A stretch of 64,000 nucleotides of DNA from Candidatus Borrarchaeum weybense (GCA_019057385.1 JAHQJS010000005.1:352799-416798), one strand, 5' to 3'; positions 28,024-38,459 are shown, numbered from the stretch's first letter. The notes: generated from the letters alone by a model not told the origin. Translations and numbers: made by a program.

Positions 28024-29004
28024 TCATTCTTCTAATTTTACGACGCATTCACAATAGGGATCTCCAGCACACATACAAGTAATCATTTCCCATGTAGCGT
28101 TTGGATTTATGGTACTACCAATGACATGATCGAAGCGATTGCACCAATCACTGATATCCTTATATTCTGTTTGAAACGGACACTTAATAATTCTCCATCT
28201 GTTGATTGTTTTCGATCGCTCAAGTATATTGGTATCCTGACCTGCGAGTTCATGCCAGATGTCCCAGCACTTCCCAATTGTTTCGCAATCATTGCCTTCT
28301 AGTTTGAAGATGGTTCGAATTGTATTGGCAATATTCTTGATTCTATCACCCATTTCGTTGAACGTTTCATACATTCTAATTGCTTCTAACGCACCATATT
28401 TCTCGCGTAGCGCATATAACCAACTTTTATGGTTAGATGTCCAACCTTTCATAGCAAAATTGTATTTTAGTTCCCATGGTATCTTCATTTTCTTAACCGT
28501 AGTCTTCACAGTTACCTCATTCGATGTTTTCTCTTGTAACCTCCAAACGTATTCGCAATAGGGATCTCCGGCACACATTCCTTTAGGGCGTTCGAGGATA
28601 ACCTTTGAATTAACAATCTTTCCCATAATATCGAAGAAGGATAAGGACCAGTCGCTGATATCTTCGTATCCTGTTTCAAGTGGACACTTGGTGACCTTTC
28701 TTCTATTGATTATTTTGGATCGCTTAAGCAAACCAGCTTCAGTCCCAGTTAGCTCATCCCAGATGTCAAGTATTTCTCCAATCGTTTCGCAATCGTTGCC
28801 TTTAAGGTTGAAGATGGTTAGAATAGCATTTGCAAAATTCTTTACTCTTTCATCAATTTTTTGAGCCCTCTCAAAAAGATCAAGAGCTGCTGCTGGACCA
28901 TATTTCTTCCGGTTAGCATATAAGTATCCTCGATGGCTGGATGCCCAACCTCTCATTGCCCAGTCATGTTTTAGTTCCCAGGGTATCGCTAGTTTCTTAG
29001 CCAA
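28024..29004 (-). CDS. tandem two-domain V4R/ATC-like protein, subfamily B
   Basis: Two repeats of IPWELK...KCP...D.SDW...MCAGDPYCE. Confidence 0.8.
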   Translation of the reverse strand: MAKKLAIPWELKHDWAMRGWASSHRGYLYANRKKYGPAAALDLFERAQKIDERVKNFANAILTIFNLKGNDCETIGEILDIWDELTGTEAGLLKRSKIINRRKVTKCPLETGYEDISDWSLSFFDIMGKIVNSKVILERPKGMCAGDPYCEYVWRLQEKTSNEVTVKTTVKKMKIPWELKYNFAMKGWTSNHKSWLYALREKYGALEAIRMYETFNEMGDRIKNIANTIRTIFKLEGNDCETIGKCWDIWHELAGQDTNILERSKTINRWRIIKCPFQTEYKDISDWCNRFDHVIGSTINPNATWEMITCMCAGDPYCECVVKLEE

Positions 29005-29296
29005 ACTCTCACACGCTCCCCAAAGCAGATTTCATTTTAAGAACTTCACTCAAGGCTTAAATAATGATGAACTCAAAAAATACGTTTATTATACAGAGTT
29101 CTCCCCAATTCCTCGTTACAATAACGCACTTCAGGTCACAGGATTTCATATGAATTATTCTTTTGATAAAAATATGTATGTGTCATTCGTACATTTATAT
29201 TTTAAGATTTGTATTATTTTATGATTTAAAAAAAGTCAACGATAAGTCTACTTCAATGAGTAAATAAAGGGAATACGAAACGGAATTTCAAAAAAT

Positions 29297-29845
29297 TTAG
29301 ACTTCCTTAAACTCAATGATTGCTTCGCAGTATGGGTCTCCCCATGTCAATGTCTTCACGAGCTTATAAGTTAACTTAGGATTAACTGCCCTTAGTCCCT
29401 CTTCGCACCATGCTTGATGCCCTGCAGGACAAACCCAAAGTTCTGGATCTATATGACGCTCATTATATCTTTCCGACCATGGACACTTTGTCCTTCTTAG
29501 TACAGCTCTTTTTGGGTTTGCCTCGACTAGTTCAAACTTGTACTCGGGTCCACCCATTAAGGTTACAGCAACGATGAGCAATTTAACCGCACCTATAGCA
29601 TCATCAGCAGGTATGTTGAATCTTTCCTTAACCATTGGAAAAACTCTCTGTGCTCCTCTACCCATTATCTTTGCTTGAATCTCATTATATTTTTCATAAC
29701 CCATAACAGGCGAGATGATACCTTCCCCTTCTCCCAAAAGAGGTGCTGTAGTTTTCGATCCTCTCAACATTGTGAATCCAGTAAGAGTTTTTGCCGTTAT
29801 TTCCCAACATTTCTGAGTCGGGATCTTCTTCAGTAGTTCTGCCAT
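29297..29845 (-). CDS. V4R/ATC-hydrolase-like protein, subfamily A
   Basis: TKCPW...VCPAGH...AVNPK...GDPYCE. Confidence 0.8.
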   Translation of the reverse strand: MAELLKKIPTQKCWEITAKTLTGFTMLRGSKTTAPLLGEGEGIISPVMGYEKYNEIQAKIMGRGAQRVFPMVKERFNIPADDAIGAVKLLIVAVTLMGGPEYKFELVEANPKRAVLRRTKCPWSERYNERHIDPELWVCPAGHQAWCEEGLRAVNPKLTYKLVKTLTWGDPYCEAIIEFKEV

Positions 29846-30125
29846 CCCCTATCACTTTTTTAGAAACTATGATTTGTTATATATTCTGATATCAAATATA
29901 TAATGTCTCTTCTATTCACTCTATTGGCACGGCCTAAAGAAAAATGCCATGTCGAATAGGTTGTTATATAAATGTGGAGGTTCTAGGCTCACTGAGGCAA
30001 TAGAAATCGAAACCAAATACGGCTAGAACAACTTAACCAAAAATTTAAAAATTCTAACAAAATGGATACTCTTAAATCTTGCTTGTACCTCAATGCAAAG
30101 ATGTGTACAAAAAATACTAAAAAAT

Positions 30126-30300
30126 GGGCCCGTGGCTCAATCTTCGTAACATTCTATGTGTACGAAGAGGCGAAGCTTGGTTAGAGCGCACGGCTGATAA
30201 CCGTGAGATCATGTCCCCATAATGCGGGATGTTAGCGGATGTCGTGGGTTCGAATGATAGAAGTCCGGTGCTTCATCCGAAATTCCCACCGGGCCCACCA
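30126..30300 (+). tRNA. tRNA-Ile(GAT) with three non-canonical introns (~30140-30174, ~30208-30240, 30255-30283)
   Basis: Exons assemble to GGGCCCGTGGCTCA GCTTGGTTAGAGCGCACGGCTGATAACCGTGAG GTCGTGGGTTCGAA TCCCACCGGGCCCACCA. Each insert is a hairpin; the third has a perfect BHB. Confidence 0.9.
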
Positions 30301-30329
30301 CTTATTTTCAAGAGATTTATGATTATTAT

Positions 30330-30854
30330 CTATTTTCCTTTCATCTTAAAAAAAAGCCAATTCACATCTCTTTTTTCGCCTTTTCTTGGCTTCAGTTTGA
30401 TAAGAACATATCCACCTCTAAGCTTGTCTCCACTAATATTAACTTCTATCTTTGTATCAGTTTTTTTAATTAACTTAAAACTCCCCCTATCCCATATCTC
30501 AACGCTACCCGCTCCATATTCGCCTTCGGGGATGATTCCACTAAAAGTCGCATACTCTATTGGATGATCCTCAGTTTGAACAGCGAGTCGTTTAACCCCT
30601 GTGTTCAGAGGTGGTTCTTTTGGGATTGCCCAGCTTTTTAATACACCGTCAAATTCCAAACGGAAATCGTAATGTAAATGGCTTGCATCATGCTTTTGAA
30701 TTACATAAATTGGCTCATCGTTTTCCCTTTTTTCAACAGGTTTAGGCGGTGGCTCTGAAGTCTTCTTAAAATCTCTTTTCTCTAGATATTTATCCAATGG
30801 TTTGGTGGTCTTTTTTTTGAACCCTTCTTCTTCTAGATATTTATCCAGTGTCAT
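30330..30854 (-). CDS. stand-alone LigD 3'-phosphoesterase (PE) domain protein
   Basis: [45 protein letters not shown]. Confidence 0.92.
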   Translation of the reverse strand: MTLDKYLEEEGFKKKTTKPLDKYLEKRDFKKTSEPPPKPVEKRENDEPIYVIQKHDASHLHYDFRLEFDGVLKSWAIPKEPPLNTGVKRLAVQTEDHPIEYATFSGIIPEGEYGAGSVEIWDRGSFKLIKKTDTKIEVNISGDKLRGGYVLIKLKPRKGEKRDVNWLFFKMKGK

Positions 30855-30891
30855 TCCTATCCCCTAATCCCTGCAAGTACGTCCCTATAAA

Positions 30892-31539
30892 CTAAATATT
30901 TGCGGAGGGACATAGTTCTCGCACAACACACTTATTATGTTCTGGCTTTTTTGCATGACAAATCTTTCTCCCGTGATCTATAATCATATATGTAAATTGA
31001 AACCACTCTTTTTTTGGAATAATTGCCATTAAATCTTGCTCTATCTTGTCGGGGTTTTTGTTTTTCGTCAGCCCCAACCTTTGCGAAAGTCTCTTTACAT
31101 GTGTATCGACTGCAATCCCTTCAATTTTTCCAAAAGCATTTGAAATCACTATATTAGCAGTTTTCCGAGCCACACCTGGTAAAGATATTAGCCCCTCCAT
31201 AGTATCAGGAACGTTTCCATCAAACTTTTCTATTATGAGTTTACATGCCTCTTGAAGATATTTTGCCTTATTGCGATAGAATCCGGTCGGACGTATATCG
31301 TTTTCAAGCTCGGTTCGATCCGCCTCAGCATAATCACGTGCTGTTTTATATTTTTTAAATAAATCTTTTGTAACTTCATTCACTTTAACATCTGTAGCTT
31401 GGGTGGAGAGAATCGTTGCGATTAACATTTCTAGAGGATTTGAGAAGTTTAGAGCGACAGTTGGCTTGGGATATTCTTTCTTCAATAATTTTAGGATTTC
31501 CTTAATCCTTTCGTTCTCATCCATGTCCTTCATCTTCAT
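30892..31539 (-). CDS. nth: endonuclease III
   Basis: HhH motif LPGVARKTANIV, AVDTHV, C-terminal Fe-S Cys cluster (one ligand appears as His). Confidence 0.93.
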   Translation of the reverse strand: MKMKDMDENERIKEILKLLKKEYPKPTVALNFSNPLEMLIATILSTQATDVKVNEVTKDLFKKYKTARDYAEADRTELENDIRPTGFYRNKAKYLQEACKLIIEKFDGNVPDTMEGLISLPGVARKTANIVISNAFGKIEGIAVDTHVKRLSQRLGLTKNKNPDKIEQDLMAIIPKKEWFQFTYMIIDHGRKICHAKKPEHNKCVVRELCPSANI

Positions 31540-31685
31540 CTCCTCTTTAAATATGAAGTAAAAACAACTATTTAGGTCGGATTATATCAGCTAAATAGGA
31601 TAAAATCATTGTGTAATGTATATAGAGAGTACTATTGTATAAGCCAAAAATAATGATGTGAATAAAATATTTTTGAAAAAAATTG

Positions 31686-31838
31686 CTATTTTTTGTGTTT
31701 TTCCTCGAAAGTATCTGCACAACTTGCACAGCAAAATACGTATTCTTCTCCATCGATTACTCTCTTTTCATTAGCAAACACGCACTTTTCATCATCCATC
31801 TCGACTCCACAATCTCCGCATCGAATAAATTTCACCAT
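31686..31838 (-). CDS. small TRASH/YHS-like metal-binding protein (50 aa, below ORF-track cutoff)
   Basis: MVKFIRCGDCG...IDGEEYVFCCASC; GGAGG SD upstream. Confidence 0.75.
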   Translation of the reverse strand: MVKFIRCGDCGVEMDDEKCVFANEKRVIDGEEYVFCCASCADTFEEKHKK

Positions 31839-32193
31839 TAAAAAGCCTCCAATCTTCTTGATTCCTAGGTTTATTTATCGCTCTATACTGTTTTCGCATT
31901 TTTATTTGTAAAGTTATAGGCATAAAAAATTAAAACTCATCATTCAATAGCAGATTTGTTGCTTAATTAGCTCATCTTTTCAGCGATTGTTAGTCAAAGA
32001 ATATTTCAGTTTGCAATATTGAAAACAAATATTTGCAGTGTGCTGTATAGATTATTACAAAATTTAAAAGCATTGAAATTCTCTAGACTTGTGGACTGAC
32101 TTGCAGTAGGGTTTTCCCTATGTAGTTCCTTCGTGAGCTTGCAAGTAAGCTTAAGATTACATATCTTGAGAAAAAATTTTCAAAGTGCAAGGT

Positions 32194-32697
32194 TTACTCT
32201 TCAATTTTGAATATATATTCACAATGGGGACCCCCAGCACACATTCCTTTTGGTCGTTCAACAATTGCCTTTGGATTGATAGTTTTGGCAACAATTTTAC
32301 ACCAGATTAAGCCCCAATCGCTGATATCTTTGAAAGCTGTTTGCCATGGACACTTCGTAATTCTTGTTCTATCAATTGTTTTAGATCGCTCAAGTATAGT
32401 ACCTTCCTTTCCCGTGAGCTCCCACCATAAGTTCCAAACCTTCCCTATCGTTTCAGCATCGTTTCCCTTGAGCTTGAAAATTTTTAGAAGTGTTTTTGTT
32501 AAATTCTTTATTCTGTCATCCATGGTGCAAAGTTTTTCGTAAAGTCTGAGCGCTGTATCCGCACCAAATTCCTCACGAATCACATAAAAGAATCCTTTAA
32601 GGCAGTTTGCATATCCTCTCATTGCAAAGTCATATTTGAATTCCCAAGGTAGCCCTCTCTTTGCCGTCGGATAAGAGGGGTCCTGTTTCTTAGCCAA
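32194..32697 (-). CDS. V4R/ATC-like protein, subfamily B
   Basis: LPWEFKY...TKCPW...DISDW...MCAGGPHCE. Confidence 0.8.
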   Translation of the reverse strand: MAKKQDPSYPTAKRGLPWEFKYDFAMRGYANCLKGFFYVIREEFGADTALRLYEKLCTMDDRIKNLTKTLLKIFKLKGNDAETIGKVWNLWWELTGKEGTILERSKTIDRTRITKCPWQTAFKDISDWGLIWCKIVAKTINPKAIVERPKGMCAGGPHCEYIFKIEE

Positions 32698-32752
32698 ACT
32701 CCCATCCTCTCCTTAAGCTGGGTATTTAGTATGGCGCCCCTCCTTGGCGCTT
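32698..32752 (-). repeat. leader hairpin copy 7
   Basis: AAGCGCCAAGGAGGGGCGCC...ATACCCAGCTTAAGGAGAGG. Confidence 0.85.
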
Positions 32753-32825
32753 AGAAGGAAGAACTCTAGAAGTTACGATTCATCTTGATAGGATCTCTTG
32801 AGAGTGTGCGTTTGAGATGCAAGCA

Positions 32826-33332
32826 TCACTCTTCTATTTTCCAAACAAATTCACAATGCGGATCCCCAGCACACATTAATTTAATTGGTTCAAAAGCAAC
32901 CTTAGGAGTTACGGTCTTACCAACAATAATATTGAAGCTGTTGCACCAACCGCTGAGATCCTTGGGCTCTGTTTTCCACGGGCATTTAGTATATTTAATT
33001 CTATTGACGGTTTCAGATCGCTCAAGTATAACACCCTCCTGTCCACAGACCTCACCCCAAACGTCAAACACCGCCCCTATTGTTTCGGCATCGTCTCCAT
33101 CTATCTTAAATATTTCTAGAATGGGTTTTACAAAACCTTCCTTTACTCTATCACTCATATTGTCAATCCTTTCTTTTATTCTGACAGCTGCGTCTGCACC
33201 GTATTCCTCACGGATAGCGTATAAGAATGCTCTGAGTATGTTTGCATATCCTCTTATTGCCCAGTCGTATTTGAATTCACACGGTAACCCTCTCTTGGGC
33301 ATCGGACAGGGGGTATCCCATTTCTTAACCAT
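32826..33332 (-). CDS. V4R/ATC-like protein, subfamily B
   Basis: TKCPWKTEPKDLSGW...MCAGDPHCE. Confidence 0.8.
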   Translation of the reverse strand: MVKKWDTPCPMPKRGLPCEFKYDWAIRGYANILRAFLYAIREEYGADAAVRIKERIDNMSDRVKEGFVKPILEIFKIDGDDAETIGAVFDVWGEVCGQEGVILERSETVNRIKYTKCPWKTEPKDLSGWCNSFNIIVGKTVTPKVAFEPIKLMCAGDPHCEFVWKIEE

Positions 33333-33385
33333 ACTTCCTCCTCTCCCTTAATTTGAGTGTTGGCTATAGCGTTTCTCCTCGGCAC
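33333..33385 (-). repeat. degenerate leader hairpin copy 8
   Basis: GTGCCGAGGAGAAACGC...ACTCAAATTAAGGGAGAGGAGG; stem partly broken. Confidence 0.6.
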
Positions 33386-33624
33386 ATAAAAGGAAAAATT
33401 CTAGACGCATCTAACTGAACTAGAACTCTCCTTAATCTCTCTCATGATTGCGATACTCTAGTTCTTAGGTATTATAGATACCTATTCTAAGACGAATCTA
33501 TATATCTTCAATTCTTTCTTTTATACGTTTCATCTTGTCGTTGCTATTTTCTGAAATTTAACTAAAATTATCTCCCCCACAATCCACACTGATATTTGCA
33601 AATCATTCACAATCAGATATTAGA

Positions 33625-33671
33625 GTGAACTACTCCGCCCTTTCGGAAGGAGTCTTCTCGCCGATATTAGA
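33625..33671 (-). mobile_element. minimal collapsed IS200/IS605 palindrome
   Basis: Minus strand TTTAT|TCTAATATCGGCGAGAAGACTCCTTCCGAAAGGGCGGAGTAGTTCAC; same ends as the 10945 and 23397 elements. Confidence 0.75.
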
Positions 33672-33681
33672 ATAAATCCAA

Positions 33682-34416
33682 TTAAGCATGAGCACAAAAA
33701 ATCTCTACAAAATTATTGAAAACGGTTCTTTGTATTTCCACTTTATCTTGACTTTTCAACTGTGCGATCTTATCTACAAGGTCTACTACGTCTGCGGGTT
33801 CTCCTCTTTTTTTTCTATAGGCTACCGGCCCATCGCTTTCGGTTAATATACGTGAGGTATCTATACGTTTCACAAAATTCTGTAATTTTGGTGAATAATG
33901 AAGTGCTGGGGTAAAGCTCATAAAGTATCCATTATCTATTATTCGGGGTAGCAGGTTTTCTGGTCCTTGATACCAATGCAAAATCACATATTTTATATTA
34001 AACGACTCCAAAATGTTCAAAGTTTCATTTTCTGCACCTTTTGAATGTATAATTACGCTTGCTTCTTTTTCTTCAGCGATTCCTAATAACGCTTTAAAGA
34101 CTTTAAGCTGAGGATCCCACTCATCCTCATTTTTAATAAAGTGGTGGTCTAAGCCTATCTCACCCATGATCCCCCTATAAGGGATAATCTCTCTGACTTT
34201 TTCAGTATCTTGAATACACTTCGAAGCGTTCCAAGGGTGAATACCGATTGCGGGAATTACAGTATCATATTGTTTAGCAATTTCTGTTGTCTTCTGGAAG
34301 GAAGGAATATCCATTGATACACCAATTATATATTCCACATTGGCGGCTTTTGCTCTTAGTAAGACTTCCAAGATATCTTCATATTCATGGAGATGACAAT
34401 GATTATCTGCATACAT
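33682..34416 (-). CDS. tatD: TatD family hydrolase
   Basis: DNHCHL, GIHPW, GEIGLD, IIHS, LHW, TESDGP. Confidence 0.92.
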   Translation of the reverse strand: MYADNHCHLHEYEDILEVLLRAKAANVEYIIGVSMDIPSFQKTTEIAKQYDTVIPAIGIHPWNASKCIQDTEKVREIIPYRGIMGEIGLDHHFIKNEDEWDPQLKVFKALLGIAEEKEASVIIHSKGAENETLNILESFNIKYVILHWYQGPENLLPRIIDNGYFMSFTPALHYSPKLQNFVKRIDTSRILTESDGPVAYRKKRGEPADVVDLVDKIAQLKSQDKVEIQRTVFNNFVEIFCAHA

Positions 34417-34574
34417 AGTAACCACTTCAGGTAAGGTTAAAGCGGACTTCTTATTCATCAATGTGTAGGGCTTGATTAAAAGTATATTAACAAGATTAAC
34501 TATTTATTTAGGAATTAATTACGCTTTCTCTTGTCAGGCAGGTGAGCGGATTTAAAGGGAAAAAACAGTTTTAG

Positions 34575-35444
34575 TTGCTGAACCAAATGGTGTTCAAAAA
34601 AATTGAACGTTTGACTGCATTTATAATTCCTAACCAAGTCCGACAAGAAATTGAAGAGAAGGGTATTATTAGTTATGTTTTTTATCAAGCAAGAAGATTC
34701 TCGGAAATAATTTTCTCCAAATTGGTGGAACAAAACATACCTTTGTTTTCCTGGGCAGATAATTGGATGTTCTCATTTTCTAAGGAGCGGTTGCAAGCAT
34801 ATATGGATATGGAAAAATGCTTGGAAGATATATTATCTACTTGTGAGTTTTATGAGGGATATTGGCACTACAAAAATATCCGTGCTTATCAAATACCAAG
34901 TGAAGTAAAAGCACTTCTAAAAGAGGTCAAAAAAAATGGTACTTCTATTATACTGGATATCGGGACGTTTGATGGCGGAACATTATACCTTTGGACAAGG
35001 TTTCTTGAAGGGCAGAAAATTATAACTATAGATTTACCATTCCCATATGGCTATCCTTCAGCGAAGACGAAATTATTCAGATTTTTTGATCCCAATAAAG
35101 AATTGCATTTTTTACGTGGCTCGTCTTTTAGCAACGATATGGTTAATAAAATCGCTAATATCTTAAAAGATAATAAGATTGACTTTCTCTTTATTGATGG
35201 TGATCACAGTTACGAAGGTGTAAAAAAAGATTTTGAGCGATATAAACCTCTTATTCGTGATGGGGGTATTATAGCCTTTCATGATATTGTGAGTAATAGG
35301 TACGGTGTTTCAAAATTCTGGAACGAAATTAAGCATAAGTATGTTTCAAAAGAAATAATTGCCCCAGTACATGAAATGCAGGCTTATGCACGGTCTAATA
35401 TTGACAAACAGGGCTGGGGAGGGATAGGTGTTTTATATATCTGA
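34575..35444 (+). CDS. class I SAM-dependent methyltransferase (Methyltransf_24-like)
   Basis: LDIGT..GG, DFLFIDGDHSYEGV..DF, GGIIAFHD. Confidence 0.88.
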   Translation: MLNQMVFKKIERLTAFIIPNQVRQEIEEKGIISYVFYQARRFSEIIFSKLVEQNIPLFSWADNWMFSFSKERLQAYMDMEKCLEDILSTCEFYEGYWHYKNIRAYQIPSEVKALLKEVKKNGTSIILDIGTFDGGTLYLWTRFLEGQKIITIDLPFPYGYPSAKTKLFRFFDPNKELHFLRGSSFSNDMVNKIANILKDNKIDFLFIDGDHSYEGVKKDFERYKPLIRDGGIIAFHDIVSNRYGVSKFWNEIKHKYVSKEIIAPVHEMQAYARSNIDKQGWGGIGVLYI

Positions 35445-35532
35445 TTTCTCTCAATTAAAAAAGTAGATAGCAGTAAAAAAAGTTAAAAGAAACTCGCACT
35501 TTAGGAGAAGAGACTTCCCCTCTCCTTTACGA

Positions 35533-36435
35533 CTATTTTTCTTTTTTCTTTGCGAGTAATTCCTTTGAAATATCATATGCTTCCTCAAAACTAAAAACGC
35601 CCGTAGTACCTTTGATATTCTTTAATGCCTTCTTTTCTGTCTTTAGTTTTAAATCTCCGATCGCTAAAGCTCCTATGCCTATTTTTCCTGGCATAAATTC
35701 TTCTTTGTCATCTAATGAACCAAGTCCTTCTACGCCAAGTGGTGGGACCGCATTAATATCAGCAGCAACTTTAAAACGATCTAAACGCTCCATTGTCCCT
35801 TTTGATATGAGTTGATAACCCGCTTTTCCAGCTGCGATAATTGCATCTGCATCTTTTGATGCCTCATAGATTTCTTCTGCATTTGCGCCTTGAGCGTATC
35901 TCACATGTATCTGGTACTCCTGACTTAATCTTTCGGCGATGCCTTTAGCTCTATCGAATTTTCGGGAACTGATCAGAGGGTTTCCGCCGCTTTTTGCTGA
36001 CAATATTGCGGCAACTTGCCCTACAGGTCCTGTTCCCGCTAAAATAGTGATATTCTTACCCTCAAAGCCACCCATTTCCACTAAAGCTTCTTCTGTTTTT
36101 GCAACGGCCGCGGCAGCAGTCGTATATGCACCCCTTGGGTCTATCATAATAGGAACCTCGAAGGGAGGAACCATTGCCTTCTTTGCTTCTTCTAACACCT
36201 GCAAAACTTTTGGAAGGTCACTACCTCCAATGAATAGGGCAGTGTATTGGCATCCTTTTACTCCTCGGCTGAATATCGCATCTTGAACAAGGTTTTTTAC
36301 ATCCTCTGGTTCAACATTTGAAAAACAGTGCACATGGTCATAGCCAGAATCCACAGACATGTTTATATCAAAGGGCGATGCATATTTGTCCGTATCAATT
36401 AAATAGATAATATACTCTTTTCCCACATGTTTCAC
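35533..36435 (-). CDS. NAD(P)-dependent methylene-H4MPT dehydrogenase (MtdA/B/C family)
   Basis: SPFDINM..D.G, VQDAIFSRG, FIGG, DP.GAYTTAAA, GTGPVG, D.NAVPPLG, GALAIG. Confidence 0.88.
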   Translation of the reverse strand: MKHVGKEYIIYLIDTDKYASPFDINMSVDSGYDHVHCFSNVEPEDVKNLVQDAIFSRGVKGCQYTALFIGGSDLPKVLQVLEEAKKAMVPPFEVPIMIDPRGAYTTAAAAVAKTEEALVEMGGFEGKNITILAGTGPVGQVAAILSAKSGGNPLISSRKFDRAKGIAERLSQEYQIHVRYAQGANAEEIYEASKDADAIIAAGKAGYQLISKGTMERLDRFKVAADINAVPPLGVEGLGSLDDKEEFMPGKIGIGALAIGDLKLKTEKKALKNIKGTTGVFSFEEAYDISKELLAKKKEK

Positions 36436-36685
36436 CTCGTATGTTATATTCTTTATCTGGACTCAAAAAGCTTTATCCTTTCTATTTTCAACGATTTTTT
36501 AAACTTTTAAGAATATTTTCAATTCTGAATTGAGTAAAATTCACCTTTATTAAAAGTAACTGATACAAAAGAAGACCGTTCTTTCCTTAGAATTTCATTT
36601 TTGCACATAAACATCATTTTAAATTGCGAATTCAGAAAACATAAAAACTGAAACCATATTTCCTTCTCTCAAAGGTGGGCTCTAA

Positions 36686-37645
36686 TTGACGTTAGCTGTT
36701 GAAATAAAAAATCTTACGAAAATCTATCCTGGAAGGGGCATCCTAAATAAAGCACCAGCTGTAACGGCGTTAGATGATGTAAATCTAGAAATCAAGAAGG
36801 GAACAATATATGGTCTTCTAGGTCCTAATGGAGCTGGAAAAACTACCTTGATTCATATTTTAGCTGGCGTTCTCTTGCCAACCACCGGCACTGCAGAGGT
36901 CTTTGGACATGATGTCGTACGGAAGGCACGGGAGGTAAGATCTTTAAGTAATTATGGTGCTGGACAAGGCTCACTTTTTTGGAATCTTTCCCCAAAAGAG
37001 AACTTGCTTTATTATGCGAAACTTTATGGCCTTCCCAATTCTGAGGCTGTTGAAAAAATAAATAACCTATTGGAATTCTTTGGCCTGAAGGAACGAGCCA
37101 ATCTTAAAAGTGCTTATTTGTCCTCGGGGTTAAAACAGCGTGTCAAACTTATCAAAACGCTTCTCAACGACCCTAAATTATTACTGCTGGATGAACCCAC
37201 CTTAGGTCTCGATGTTGACATCGCCAGAAAAATACGTGCTTACATTCAAGAACTGTCCCATGAAAAAGAAATGACAATATTGCTCACTTCACATAATATG
37301 TACGAAGTAGATGAATTATGTGATGAAATAGCTCTTATTGATAAAGGGCGAATCGTTTCTATAGGAACTCCGGATGAACTTAAAAAGCAGGTTTCTGAGT
37401 TTGAATCCCTGGAGTTGTCCTTCTCAAACTATGATGGTGATCCTTCCTCATTCTTAGATGATCTAGTTTTGAGATCAACATTTAGAGATGGAGCACTGGT
37501 GCTTCACGTCTCTGATATTGATTCTTCAATAGATGCCATTCTTCGACGCCTGTTATCCCATAAATTTGTGATTTCCTCAATAAACACGAGACGGACAACT
37601 TTAGAGGATGTGTTTCTAAACTTAACAGGACGGGGGTTGAAGTAA
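36686..37645 (+). CDS. ABC-2 exporter ATP-binding subunit
   Basis: GPNGAGKT, LSSG, LLDEPT. Confidence 0.92.
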   Translation: MTLAVEIKNLTKIYPGRGILNKAPAVTALDDVNLEIKKGTIYGLLGPNGAGKTTLIHILAGVLLPTTGTAEVFGHDVVRKAREVRSLSNYGAGQGSLFWNLSPKENLLYYAKLYGLPNSEAVEKINNLLEFFGLKERANLKSAYLSSGLKQRVKLIKTLLNDPKLLLLDEPTLGLDVDIARKIRAYIQELSHEKEMTILLTSHNMYEVDELCDEIALIDKGRIVSIGTPDELKKQVSEFESLELSFSNYDGDPSSFLDDLVLRSTFRDGALVLHVSDIDSSIDAILRRLLSHKFVISSINTRRTTLEDVFLNLTGRGLK

Positions 37646-37646
37646 A

Positions 37647-38459
37647 ATGCTCAGAGTTTATCTTCGTCAAGTATATGGCTTCACTTACAGACAGACTCAC
37701 AATATCGCTAAAAGTCCGATTGGAATCTTTGAAATTGTAGTGTGGCCATTAGCGAGTTTATTCTCCATAGGATTTCTGGGATCTTTTGTAGACGTTTCAG
37801 CTAGCACAAACATATCTTTTGTTACATTCATTTTGATTGGACAATGCGGCTGGTCTTTTAGTTATGTTGTTCAGCAAGCCTTGAGTTATGGCCTCATGCA
37901 TTCGATGTGGAGTGGTACTCTTATCGACATGATGGCTAGCCCTGCAGATGAAAATCAGTTTATCATTGGGAATGCACTCGCAGGAGTTATTAAGGGAGTA
38001 GTAGTTCTTGCTGTCATGGGAGTCTGTAGCTTAGTTGCATTTAATGTTAACATCTTCGCCGGTGGAGTTTTTGCAGTCTTTCTAATCATATTCAGTGTCT
38101 TTCTTGCGGCAGTTTCGTTAGGCCTTATAGTTCTTATATTAATTTTCTATTTTGGCCAAGAGGCCCAGGTAACGGCGTGGACGATCACTGGCTTAACTGT
38201 CCTTTTCAGCGGCGTTTTCTACCCTGTAACAATTTTACCCCCTCTAATTAGGCCGTTAAGTTACAGCATTCCTCTTACATATGCGTTCATTGCGTGGCGA
38301 GAAATAACCCTTCAAGGTGCAAGCATGGCTGATGTATCGTTTGTACTGCTTCAAATGGGCGTTTCCAGTGTACTATGGCTCGTAATAACGTGGTCTGTTT
38401 GTCTATTCACGATAAAAAGAGCAAGGAAAATTGGAATGATTTCGCAACTTTCTGATTGA
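37647..38459 (+). CDS. ABC-2 type permease
   Basis: About six TM segments and SGVFYP..ILP...PLTY. Confidence 0.88.
   Translation: MLRVYLRQVYGFTYRQTHNIAKSPIGIFEIVVWPLASLFSIGFLGSFVDVSASTNISFVTFILIGQCGWSFSYVVQQALSYGLMHSMWSGTLIDMMASPADENQFIIGNALAGVIKGVVVLAVMGVCSLVAFNVNIFAGGVFAVFLIIFSVFLAAVSLGLIVLILIFYFGQEAQVTAWTITGLTVLFSGVFYPVTILPPLIRPLSYSIPLTYAFIAWREITLQGASMADVSFVLLQMGVSSVLWLVITWSVCLFTIKRARKIGMISQLSD

Noticed and set aside
32081-32170. Cluster of short hairpins and TTTGCA motifs downstream of a V4R gene
   Set aside because: No second copy or covariation found; expected by chance in AT-rich DNA.
35503-35526. AGGAGA...TCTCCT hairpin
   Set aside because: Between convergent genes and lacks the IS end motifs; probably a terminator-like structure.
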